Source of the DNA: Camelus dromedarius
Lineage: Eukaryota
Length of the DNA: 64,000 nucleotides
Assembly (NCBI RefSeq): GCF_036321535.1
Contig: NC_087437.1
Span: 73,224,001-73,288,000, forward strand
Reading direction: 5' to 3'
Positions 53,275 to 64,000 of this stretch are shown here, piece after piece (positions within the stretch are counted from its first letter, which is position 1; every line of letters begins with the position of its first letter). Both the position numbers and the translations under genes were made by a program. The notes under the pieces are model-generated. The model ran no database searches, was not told the DNA's origin, and worked only from the letters and a program-made list of their open reading frames with translations.

Positions 53275-53530
53275 GCAAGCATAGTAGTTCAGAGTACAGA
53301 GTTTATTGTCAGATAGAACAAGATTCCAGTTCCAATTCCACCATTAGCAGTTCTTTGACTTTGGCCAATGTCTTAACCTCCCTGAACCAGAAGCCCTTTG
53401 TCTTTCATTTAGGGTTAGTAATAGCACCCATCCCATAGGGATAGGCAAGGGTTCAATGAATTAAGGCATAGAAAGTCTTATCCCAGAACCAGGCACATGG
53501 TAAGTACTCAATAGAATGCCACTCCTAATT
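53275..53530 (+). mobile_element. MIR
   Basis: gactttggccaatgtcttaacctccctga...aggcacatggtaagtactcaata. Confidence 0.8.
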
Positions 53531-54469
53531 ATTACTGCATACTTCCTCTCTCTCTCAATATAGCCCATAGTCAGCGAGCACCATTTTAGGGACACGGGAG
53601 AAATAACAAGATAGAAAGATAGGAAGACTTGTGTTTTTACACTGAAGTTGAGCAAAAATTTAGTGTGAATATCTTAGATGCATAAATTATAATGAGACAC
53701 AAATGCAGTTGTAATTAAACTAAGCAATTTTATGAACTAGAAACAAAGTCACTGCCCAGGTTTATGTATCCTCTTTTTCTTTTTTTATGAAACAGAGAAC
53801 CAATTAAACAGCCTCAGTAGAAGCCTGAATTAGCACTAAAAGAGGCACAAAAGTGATAAAGATAATTCCTTGCTAGTTTCCCAAACTGCTAGCAATAATA
53901 AGCAAAATCAATTAAAGTTTTCCTAAGATGAACTTTTCTGTTCATTGGAAAGAAATTTCTGAGATATTCACACTTATATGAATTGAATTCCCCAGGTTTT
54001 AGTGTTGTCTTCCTTTAAGAAGTATTCCTTTCAAAATCAGAAGAGGCTGTAAGGTACTAATGGCAGTGAATCCTTTCTTTTCCAGAATAGTAGTGGATGA
54101 GGATAAACAGGCAACTGAAGTCCCTTGACAAAAATGTAAATCTGTTTTAGCAACTCTTTTTGTCTGAAAACAGCTAACCATCAACCAAATGAACTGATCA
54201 GCATTTGCATGCTCAATATGTCCGATCACCAACTGCTAAAATGGGAGAAAAGGAAACACTCTAGGTCAGGATAAAACTTGAACAGTCTGTAGAGTTGAGG
54301 ATACCATGCATCCTTTTTACTCTAAATCATCATGGATTCTAGAACTCATAGACCATGAAAATTGAACTATGAAATAGAGAACAAAAGAACTCTGCGTAAC
54401 AGGGAGAATATGATTTTCTTAATGAGGTTTTTACTTTGTGAAAATGAATGTACTACCCTGGCAAAATAG

Positions 54470-54690
54470 ACAGAACACGTACACTGAAATCAAACAAACT
54501 GTAGTCAAAACCCAAGCTCCACCAATTACTAGTTTTGTGACTTCAGACGAGTTATTAACCTCTTTGAGCTGCAGGTTTTTCATCTGTAAAACTGGGTCAA
54601 AGTAGCTGTCTTGCTAGTGGCTCTGCAACCAAATGAGAGCATGTGGATTACACGCCTACCTCAGTGCCTGGCTCACAGCAGGAGCTGAGA
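54470..54690 (+). mobile_element. MIR
   Basis: gagttattaacctctttgagctgcaggtttttcatctgtaaaactggg core. Confidence 0.8.
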
Positions 54691-55467
54691 ATAGGGTTAG
54701 ATCCCTTCTCTCTTTGCTCTTGTATCTTTTGCTTCTCTTGTTATTGTGTCTTATTGTTGGTTTCAAGTTACTTCCCACTTCTGATTATGAAACTGTTCCT
54801 TAAGGACCAAACTCTGACTTTTCACAGCAATATTGATGGAAGATGTGGCACCTATCAAGTCTGGATATTCCAGTTCCAGGTTATGACTAATAAGTAAATT
54901 CTTCTGAATCAACTGCAATCCACATATGCTAAATAAAGTTCACATAACATTCATTCTTTGGAATATTAAAATGGAGAAAGAAATAGGTAAAGGGAATAGA
55001 GTTTGGAGACGAGCTCAAATCCAATGACAGGGGGCACTTCATAGATCCATAGGTTCATTTCCATAATCTTGCAAAGTGAGTGGTCTCACCCAACACCTTA
55101 AGTGAAGGCCCTTGACTCATGCAGAGAAGCTTAAAGATCTGCTTCTAACCCAGTTTCAGCCACCGAAAATTCAGGAAACGGATAGTGGGAAAGTGGTTGT
55201 GTCTTTGAAAGAAAGAAGTCAGGTGGGTCTCCCAGGGGCCAAGAAGCAGGAACGTGGGTTTAAGCCAAGGTTGGAGGCTCCTTTGATTACTTATCTGTTA
55301 TGCCTTCACTTCACTTATGCCTTAACTTTTTCCTAATTGAATAGAAGCAAGGTACCATTGTAGGATGTATTCTGACATGAAAAATGCTAATAATAATGTG
55401 CATGAAATAATACTGGATCAGAAAACTGATCCTTTTATAAGGTTCTGGTTATCCATTCTGGTATATA

Positions 55468-56718
55468 TGACAGATTGTCACAATTAACGTCCCCAACGAA
55501 TGACACCTTCCTGTGTCCACTTCTCTTCACAATGTGGCCCGCCACTCCTCCTATCAAGAAGTAGAATCAACTTTCCTGTCATTTGAATGTGAGCTGGGCC
55601 AACTGAATGTAGTGAAGTAATAGCGTGTGACACCAAGGCTAAGCCTGAAGACACCTTGCAGTTTGTGGAGAGGCCCCATCGAGAGCCAACACCAACCATC
55701 AGACAAGCAAATGAGGTCATCTAGGAATGGCTCAGTCCCAAGCTCATCAACCAACTCTCCAAGAACATGTGAAGGAGTTCAGCCAACACTAGAGGAGCAA
55801 AAAGAGTTTCCAGCTGAGTCTAGTCCTAGGATACTGTGATTCATAATAAGAAATATATGTTTGGTCTTGCCCCATGTTTCTGGTAGAAGCTCCTAAAACT
55901 CTTGGAATTTCCTAAGTGATAAGAGTAACAAAGGTGTTATTTGTTATGTTAATGATGTTACTTTGGAACTGCACTTAAGGATGGAGGCTGGGTGCCAGGA
56001 GAACCAACCATGCTGGTTAGAGGATCCCACCCCCCTGACCTCCCAGGAGGGGAAAAGGGCTGGAGGTTGAATCAATTTCCAATGGCCAATGATTTAATCA
56101 ATTAAGCCTATATAATGAAGCCTCCAGAAAAACCCAAAAGGATGAGGTTTAGAGAGCTTCCGGGTTGGTGAACACATGATGGTGGGGAGGGTGGCGCACT
56201 TTCAGAGAGGGCAGGGAAGCTCTGTGCCCCTTTCCCCACACCTTACCCTATGCGTCTCTTCTAGCTGCCTGTTCCTGAGATATATACCCTTTTATAACAA
56301 ACCTGTAATTCAGTAAATAAAATGTTTCTCTGAGGTCTGTGAGCTACTCTAGCAAATCAATCAAACCCAAGTAGGGGATCGTTGAAAGCTTCAACCCATC
56401 CCTCAGAAAACAGGTGACAACCTGGACTTGTGACTGGCATCTGAAGGGGGCTGCAGCCTTACAGAACTGAGTCTTTAACTAGTGGCACACAATGCTATCT
56501 CCAGGGAGACAGTGTCAGAATTGAGTTGAATCATAGGACAGCCAGCTAGTGTCTGAGACTTGCTCAGTGGTGTGGGGAAAAAACCCACACATTGTAAACG
56601 GGGGCAGAATCATAAGCCCAAATTGCCCATGTACGGAATTGTGACCAAATACTCAGTTATAGTTTTAAGCTACTAATTTCTGGCTTGGTTTCTTACCCAG
56701 TAACAGATAACCGGCACA
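55468..56718 (+). mobile_element. MLT1 (F/G/H-like) LTR split by MER21-like LTR
   Basis: gccactcctcctatcaagaag...cagctgagtctag, resuming gcccaaattgcc...ttttaagctactaatt...agataac. Confidence 0.7.
55835..56612 (+). mobile_element. MER21-like solo LTR
   Basis: tgtgattcataataagaaatatat start; gagagcttccgggttggtgaacac, ctactctagcaaat and gtgtcagaattgagttgaat motifs; ends in ca. Confidence 0.8.
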
Positions 56719-56789
56719 CTGAGTTAAAGGACCTAGTAAACGTCTAATACAAAATTAAAGTGAAGCACAGAAAACCAGTCACCCCCACC

Positions 56790-57130
56790 TCCCATTTTTG
56801 CTATATCCAGCTGCCTTTTCTTCATTCTTTTTTTTTTTTTCCTTGATATTTCTGCAACGTTTAAGATGATTAACTCTCCTTTTTTTGAGACGCCTCCTTG
56901 ATTTTCCTCACTGCTTTCTTGGGCACCCCCTACCTCACAGGCTCCTTCTCCTCCCCCTCACCTTCGACAGCTTCTTTTCCTCTAGATTCTCAGCATCCCA
57001 GCTCCTGACTCTCTGCTCTTCTCTCCCTGTCTCACCCCACTGGTAAACTCACTCACTCATATGGCTTTATCCTCAGAATTATCTCCTCAATTCTGAAGAC
57101 ATACAAGTGTTTACCTCCAGCCTTGATCTC
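56790..57130 (+). mobile_element. L2 remnant
   Basis: Pyrimidine-rich; ctcactcactcatatggcttt...tgaagacatacaagtgtttacctccagcc. Confidence 0.65.
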
Positions 57131-57445
57131 TTTGTATCATGGGTTATCAATAAGTGAGTTGCTTTTCATATGGTTTCATATGGAAAATAAAATCCACACA
57201 TTCACTGTGATTCTCAGAATTATGTATGACAAAACTGAAAAGATCTGAAAATCTCTTAAGGAGTTCTGATTTCAAGAGAGGATTTCCCACCTGATTGTGA
57301 AAGTTTGCATATTAAATTCAGGTCAAAATATTTCCCATCCTTGATGAGGAAGCCAAAAAAAAAAAAAAAAAAGTCAACAGGAGTTCAACTCATTGTCAAC
57401 CCAAAGACACAAGATGAATGAAATATTCAAGTATTAAATACTCAC

Positions 57446-57536
57446 ATGTCATTGCAGCTTAAATATCTTCTTGGGATCCTCACTTAAGTATTCAAGGATG
57501 TTTCTACCAGTTCCAAATAGGAATCCACATGTAGCT
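57446..57536 (-). other. Candidate minus-strand exon ending ATGACAT
   Basis: Acceptor ttttatttcattctttgaagcccag and donor CAT/GTGAGT; no repeat recognised. Confidence 0.35.
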
Positions 57537-57719
57537 CTGGGCTTCAAAGAATGAAATAAAACAATAATTTCAATTTTGTAAGTCCTCGGAGTGAAAACAA
57601 CTGACTGTTGCATGTTCCAATCCCTGCAGACCAATTAAGTTCTTTCAAAGCCCCAGCAAGGGCTTGAAGGTTAATTAAAATGTGCAATTTAGGAAAAAAG
57701 AGAAAAACCAAACTGAGAA

Positions 57720-57925
57720 CAGTATATAGGCACATACTCCACCAGCTGCCTGGGAAGCAGCATTTAATGAAGCAGCAGTGAGGCGCGGCACCTCTTCCCC
57801 ATCTCAGCGCAGACCCCAGGCCGCGGCACGCCGCAGCCTCAGCAGGTGACGCCTGCGACGTCAGTGAATGGGCGGTCTCTCCGGTCCCCGCTCCCACTCT
57901 GCCCCTCCTCTTACACACGGATCCT
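57720..57925. promoter_or_regulatory. Small CpG-rich patch, candidate promoter
   Basis: Densest CpG cluster seen in window; TATATAG 57723, TGACG 57847, CGACGTCA 57856-57863, GGGCGG 57870-57875. Confidence 0.5.
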
Positions 57926-58184
57926 GCTCTTGGGTGTCTTTATTATCCTTCTGTGCTAAGACTTTCTCCCACAAATAGTAGATCCTTCCCCACTGACCCT
58001 CCTCCAAAGCCTCACAGAGAAACTCTTACCTCTCCTGTTCCCCCTCCACACACACTTGCCCACCTATTTTCTGCTTTTCATTTGGCTATTAGCTAATTGC
58101 CTGTTAATATGCTAATCCTCTCTGGAAACATCTGCATTTTAACCGAAGGGCCCGAAGGACTTGAAAGCCCATCCAGGGAAAGGG

Positions 58185-58682
58185 GTAGCCAGCCTCAGAG
58201 ATGGCCCCAATGATCCCTGCTCCTGGAACGCACGCCCTCCATGGTCCCCTCCCACCTTTTACCGGGGTTGGTCTGGGTGATCAACAGCATATAACAAAAG
58301 TGACGGTGTCATTTCCAAAATTAGGTTGTTCCAAAAACCAAAACAAAACCTTCCATCTTAGGTTTTCTCTCTCTCTTTCTCGGTCTCGTATTGGTTGCTC
58401 TGGGAGAAACCATAGAGAAGAGCCCTGTGGAGAGGTCTTCGTAGTGAGGAATCGAAGAGCCATGGGACTGAGCTGGGAAGTGCTTCCTTCAGCCCCAGCT
58501 AAGCCTCAGAACCTGCAGACTTGATTGCTTGGCTGTAACTTCATGAGAGATACTGATCTAGAGCTACCCAGCTAAGTTGCTCCCAGACTCCTAACCTATA
58601 GAAATTGTGAGATAAATATTTTGTTTTTTTAAGCCACTAAGCTTTGGGGTCATTTGTTATGCACCAATAGATAGCTAATACA
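58185..58682 (+). mobile_element. MLT1F-like solo LTR
   Basis: cagcctcagagatggccccaatgatccc...cccagctaagttgctcccagactcc...gcaccaatagatagctaataca. Confidence 0.85.
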
Positions 58683-59654
58683 GAAACTCTGGATCTTGCC
58701 CACAGGATGGTGCCACTCGGCAGCACACAGAGATGACTTGCTGATGTAGACTGAGCTGAGCACCCCTTTCTAAGTGTTTCTACTAAGAAAAGAGGAGAGA
58801 ACACACTTTCAGAAAAGTGTCCTGAGGAGGTGGGTACTGAGAGAGAGTGTTGCTGGGCAAAGTCAGCTGGCACTGGAGAAGGAATGGGGTGATGGCTCAG
58901 GAGAGGGTGTCTCCCTTGTCAGGTCAGGCTCTGGAGCCTCCTCTGTTCCACCGTTTCTCTCTTCCTCAGGCCTCAGCCACCATGAGGCTGTACACTGGCC
59001 ACCTGCCACACTCTGGCAGCCTGCCCACCTCACATTACCTCTCCCAGGGTGTCTATCTCCTTTCTTTAAGGTTTCCTTGGAGGTGATGATACACGTTTGT
59101 TCCTTATGCATGAAGTGGGCTTTTGTGTGATGACTCCCAAGTCGTTCGTCAGGAGAAAGAATCCGTGGCTTGTAAAAGACGAAGATGGCAGTCCTTTTTA
59201 GTGGACTAACTAGCAGATCACATGGGAAGTTTACTGAAATGTGGACTGCTGTCCTATTCATGCATTCATTCACGTAACATATAGTCACCAAAAGGTTTCC
59301 GGCATTGGTACAGGTGCAAGGACACAGAAGTAAATGACTCACATACCCCTGCATGAATGAAACTTATAGCTGAGATTTTGACTCAGGAGATCTGACTCTT
59401 CCTTCCGTGGCTCCAACGTGCAGTCAGGCTGGTCAATCCCTGGCCTAATCCAACCTTAGACCCAATAAGGTGACTTCTTTTTTCTATATTCACTTTTTTA
59501 TTATGCAATATTTGATACTTACTAAAGAATGTAACGTTATAGAATATAATAATAAAATGAATGCCTGTGAAACCACTAATGACTTACATCCTGGAACATC
59601 ACTCAAACTATGCCATCCACCTTTGCTTTCACCTCTCCCCTTCTCCTGCTTCTG

Positions 59655-60390
59655 CCAGAGTCTTTCACCTCCTTGGCTGAGTTTATTCCTAAGTATTTTA
59701 TTCTTTTTGACATTGTAAATGGGATTATTTTCTTAATTTTCTTTTTGGAAATGATGAACTCCTTATTAGTGTATAGAAAGGCAATTGATTTTTTCATGTT
59801 GATTTTGCATCTGTATTTGTTTATTATTTCTAACAGGTTAGGACCATTCAGTGATCAAGTGGGGGTTTTTTCCTAGTATGCAAGGATTGCTCAACATATG
59901 CAAATTAATTAATAGGATACACCACATTAACAGAAAGAAAAACCACATGATCATCTCAATAGATGCAGAAAAAGCATTTGACAAAATTCAACACCATTTC
60001 ACGATAAAAACTTTCAACTAGGTACAGAAGGAGCTTATCTCAACATGATAAAGGCCATATATGAAAAGTCCACAACTAACATCATGCTAAAAACTAAAAG
60101 CTTTTCCATTAAGATCAGGAACAAGATAAGGATACCCACTCTTGCTACCTATATTTAACACAGTACAGGAAGTCCTAGCCACAGCAGTTAGTCAAGAAAA
60201 AGAAATTATAACAGATACAAACTGGAAAAGAAGTTATTTCTACTTATAGATGACATGATCTTCTTATGTAAAAAACTTTAGACTCCACACATACACAGGC
60301 ACACAAAAATGTATCAGAACTAATAAACAAATTCAGTAAAGGTTTAGAATACAAAATTAACATACAAAGTCAGTTTCATTTCTATGACTT
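59655..60390. mobile_element. Two L1 ORF2 RT-region fragments in opposite orientation (minus ~59655-59838, plus ~59845-60390)
   Basis: Minus: KSIAFLYTN..KRIKYLGIN; plus: [18 protein letters not shown]. Confidence 0.9.
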
Positions 60391-60559
60391 GCAAGTATAC
60401 TAGATTAGTGGTAGTGGGCTACTTTGAGTAGTAGAAGGAATCTTTGGATGGAACCTCAGATGAGGAATAGGTTCCTGCCCGCCTATGGAATTTTGCAATT
60501 GGTTTGGGGTACAGGTCTTTTCTAATCTTTTGGAGGGAGCTTCAGGTATTTTAAATAAA

Positions 60560-60790
60560 GCATTGTGTAGTGGAAATAGCATGGACTTCAGAGTCAGGCA
60601 GAGCTGAGTTTAAGTTCTCTTCCCACCACTCCAGTTTCTGACTCTGAGAAAGCTAGTTTCTCTCACTGAGTCTTTATTTCTCATCTGTAAAATGAGACTA
60701 TTAATATTTACTTCACAGATTTGTTGTGAGAATGAGATCTGAGGTGTATATGAATACAGAATGCCTAAAATTTAGTAGAGTTACATAAAA
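60560..60790 (+). mobile_element. MIR
   Basis: ggacttcagagtcaggcagagctgagtt...ctcatctgtaaaatgag. Confidence 0.8.
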
Positions 60791-61064
60791 TTTAGCTGTG
60801 ACTGGTGGCAATGGTAGAATAAGCAGTGAACAGTAAAAGCAAAAAGCTTTGTCGCACACCCAAACCCGATGTAAGAATTCTTCCCTCTGAATGCCCAGAC
60901 TCTGAGACACTCCTCCTTCCCCTAATTTCTCAAAAGTTCTGGATAGAAGAGAGGATGTGAGCATGTCAGTGTAGAAAGACAGTAACAAGGTAACAAGTAT
61001 ATTGACTCCCCATTGTGTTCTTGAACTTGGCCAAACTCACAGTGGCTTCCAAGTGTTTGAGACT

Positions 61065-61270
61065 GAGAAGCAATATAGCAGAGTTAGAAAAGCATGTTTT
61101 GGCACCAAATATTCTCTGCAACTTACTAGTGGTGTTAGGTGGGTAATTCCTCTGACCTGTGGTTTACTCATCTATAAAATGGGAATGATGCCTAGCTCAT
61201 TATCTTATTGTAAACATACATAAATCACCAGACACAGTTCTTGGCACCTGGAAAATGCTCACCAAATACT
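61065..61270 (+). mobile_element. MIR
   Basis: tttactcatctataaaatgggaatgatg...acagttcttggcac. Confidence 0.75.
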
Positions 61271-61689
61271 GAGGTCCCTTCTTTCTATTCTCCCATCTGA
61301 ATAAATCAGAGCAACTCTAATAACTCCCAGAGATTTAGAAAGAACTCCAGGGTTTATTGAATAATTCAAGAAAAAAGAGAGGTATATTATAACCCACTTA
61401 GATGTGCCATCGCTTCCCAAGAAAGAAGACATCATTTGTATGCCCTAATTTTTATGTTATTTTTGCTCTACCTCCAGATAACACTTAAAATACACTGGAT
61501 TCAAATAAATCTACAAAACTATCCAAAGCACATATGAAGCATATGTAGATTTTTAACTGTTACTTATAGGGAAAGGACTACGTCTATGAAAAAGATTTAG
61601 GGATGAAAGGGAACTTAGAGCACATGCAGCTAAATGCACATCCCATATGGAAACCCCACCTGGAACACCTTTTAGAAACAGAATGGTAC

Positions 61690-61930
61690 TGCACTGCCTG
61701 GATACAAACCTTAGCTCTGCTCCTAATTAGCTATGTGACCTTGTGCAACAAACTCTCTGAGCCTCTGTCTCCTCATCTCTAAAATGGGAATAACTATAAT
61801 ACCTGACTTTTAGAGTTGTGAGAATTAATCTATATCTATATAATGTATACTATGTAGATATAAAATATACACACATATCAACAGTACTCACTTACACTAG
61901 TGCCTGGTAATGAGTAAATGTGAGTGGTCA
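61690..61930 (+). mobile_element. MIR
   Basis: agctatgtgaccttgtgcaa...ctctgagcctctgtctcctcatctctaaaatggg. Confidence 0.8.
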
Positions 61931-61949
61931 TTGTCATTTTCAAGTGACC

Positions 61950-62545
61950 ACTGAACCCTAGCTTGAAACTTCAGGAAAACTCAGGAAACTTAGTACTTTA
62001 CAAGGCAAACCTTCCATTTCTGGTTCTGTCCTCTGGGACAGAATAAAGCAAGGCTATTGTCTATCCAAAGAGGCAGACTTCCCGACACTCAGGGGCAGCT
62101 CTGTACTGTGCCTCCTGGCATGAAGGGTTTCCATACCCTTCATTCCCTAACTGCCCTCCTCTAATGGCTCCCCGTTTGCCAGCAATCTTTCTGGAGTGTG
62201 TTATGCAGAATTAACTCAGTATTCCAGATGCAGCTAGTAAAATGGGACTAAGATTTCCAACTAACAAAGAGTGACTCTGTACTTTTACCAACATAGAATC
62301 CCAATGTGTTATGGTTTTTCGTTTGCTTGCTTTTGTTTTTGTTGTGTGTAATATTATAAGGTCAAGCTTATTTGGTACTAAACATAGGTCTTTATCTCTT
62401 GGATTTTACCTTATTAGCTTGATTTCAGTGTTCTATCTGTTCTATCCTAATAATAGCATTTTAAATTCTATTTTTCCCTCTTCAGTTTCAGCTACAAAAC
62501 TACCAACCAGACAGGAAGCTTTCATCCAAGTCACAGGGAAAAGAG
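61950..62545 (-). mobile_element. L3/CR1 remnant
   Basis: ttctgtcctctggg, ctgccctcctct, gcagaattaactcagtattccagatg and ttcatccaagtca in CR1 order. Confidence 0.6.
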
Positions 62546-63194
62546 CATTTTCTTAAATTGCTGATAGTAAGAAAGGAGCACTATTACATTCTAGCGCATG
62601 GAACAGAGTGAGAAGGTTGGGTATCTTTTGGACCGAATTCACCACTGTCCTGGAGTAATGTAATTTCTGCAAGGAGACAAAAGCCACTGATAACAGCAAA
62701 ATTAATTATGTAATTAATTAATCACTAGGAAGGGGCCTGGAAAATAAATACCCAGGCTAAAAATCACACTGAGTGAGAAATGACCAATATTAGACACACT
62801 ATGAGAAAATGTTTTATAGGAGAAAAGTGACTGGATTCCTGAACAGGGTAGGAAAAAAGTTATCCAAAACAGGGTAACTAGGAACATTCAACAGAAACTG
62901 CAGTTTGCTCACAATTCCCTGGGCTCTACTAATACAAGCAGGCTCTCTTTCCTAGGAACTTTGGAGGAAAAGACTTTTTTATCTCACAGATAAAGACTTC
63001 AGACCACAGGATTTACACCTTCCACACGTGCAAGTAACTAAGAGATACAAATGACATGGATTTCTAAATTTGAGGAAGTTGCTTTAGAATTAAGGAGAAT
63101 GATTGAAAACGTGTAAACAGAACACAGTAATATGAAACAGAAACAGGAAGTCACAGGAGAAAAAAGGAAAATAGGAAGAAAACCAAAGCATGAC

Positions 63195-63410
63195 TGAGAG
63201 CTTGTTCTGTGCTAAGTGCTTTCCATACATGACCTCTTTCATTTCTTCCTGAGATTCTTTAGTGTAAATAATTTTTATAGATGAGAAAACTGATGCTCAA
63301 TGAGTTTAAGTAATTTTCTCAAGGCATACAGGTAGTCAGAAGCCAAACATAACTCAAACCAGGTTTGTCTGTCTCTAAATTCTGCATTCCTCAGTGCAAT
63401 ACACTGCCTC
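63195..63410 (-). mobile_element. MIR
   Basis: ttttatagatgagaaaactgatgctcaatgagtttaagtaattttctcaagg. Confidence 0.8.
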
Positions 63411-63525
63411 CTTGGGTTACAATCTATTTGGGGAGAGTAGATGTATACAAATTGAACAAAACAAATTATACCAGAGATCACTAAATTGATAAATTGATCA
63501 TGGATAATATTCATAACTTCTGTAG

Positions 63526-63653
63526 CACAGATTCGAAATCGATTTGGAGTTCAAATGCAAAGAAAACCAAAGAAATCGGAAGAGTTCAGAGAAGGGAGCT
63601 CCATGGAAAGGCTCACCGTGTGTTGCCCCTTCTTGACTCGATGTCGGAAAAGG
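63526..63653 (+). CDS. Candidate internal or first coding exon of an unidentified gene
   Basis: Acceptor cttctgtag (alternative cacag), donor AGG/GTAAGG; 6 CpGs in 128 nt; phase 1-to-0 frame QIRNRFGVQMQRKPKKSEEFREGSSMERLTVCCPFLTRCRKR is open. Confidence 0.4.
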
Positions 63654-63719
63654 GTAAGGAAAACAGAAGCCACTTGGGAGGATAAGGAGAGTCATTTCTT
63701 AAGAGAATTTGTTAACATC

Positions 63720-63900
63720 TATTGTGGTCCATGATAAGGAGTGTGAAGGATACAGAAGGAAAAATGACAACTCCAGTGTCATGTGGTACCACTGACAAGG
63801 GTCAAAAGGAAGTGAGAGGAAAAGATGCTTTTATGTGAATTCTTTTTAGATTTGTTGAATATAAGGTGATAGTGAATTATAAAAACTAAAATCTCAGTAG
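63720..63900 (+). mobile_element. L1ME-type 3' fragment
   Basis: gactgacaagg-like and ctttttagatttgttgaatataaggtgatag remnants. Confidence 0.35.
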
Positions 63901-64000
63901 AGGAAACAAACCAAAACTAGCAAGAAAATAGGGCTTAGGGGACAGATCTGAGAGGTACTTCAATATTGAGGTAATAACTGAATTTAAAGATCTTACAGAT

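Noticed and set aside
57349..57378. Poly(A) run as another TSD-flanked insertion
   Set aside because: Flanking match (aagcca/aagtca) too short and imperfect
58774..59354. Overlapping 118-163 aa ORFs
   Set aside because: No homology recognised; partly over L2 remnant; expected by chance in GC-richer DNA
1..64000. CRISPR arrays, rRNA, operons or other prokaryotic systems
   Set aside because: Sequence is mammalian; no regularly spaced repeat-spacer array or gene-dense region seen

Overview
Mammalian genomic DNA, AT-rich and CpG-depleted. It is most likely camelid, because two tRNA-derived SINEs of the Vic-1 type are present. The window is repeat-dominated: a near full-length decayed Tigger1 nested in an L1 3' UTR, a two-LTR MLT1J-like MaLR, a ~6.5 kb near full-length decayed L1 on the minus strand, other L1 fragments, solo MLT1 and MER21-like LTRs, L2/MIR/L3 (CR1) relics, MARNA, and MER58/MER5 hAT MITEs. 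I recognise no known protein-coding gene, and most track ORFs are transposon remnants or chance. The most interesting non-repeat signal is a small CpG-rich patch at ~57.72-57.90 kb with CRE/GC-box/TATA-like motifs. It is flanked by splice-site-bounded candidate exons on both strands, including a CpG-rich, open-frame plus-strand exon at 63526-63653. This could be an uncharacterised, possibly bidirectional transcription unit, but that is inference. Repeat families were called by eye from remembered consensus motifs, so subfamily names and most boundaries are approximate.
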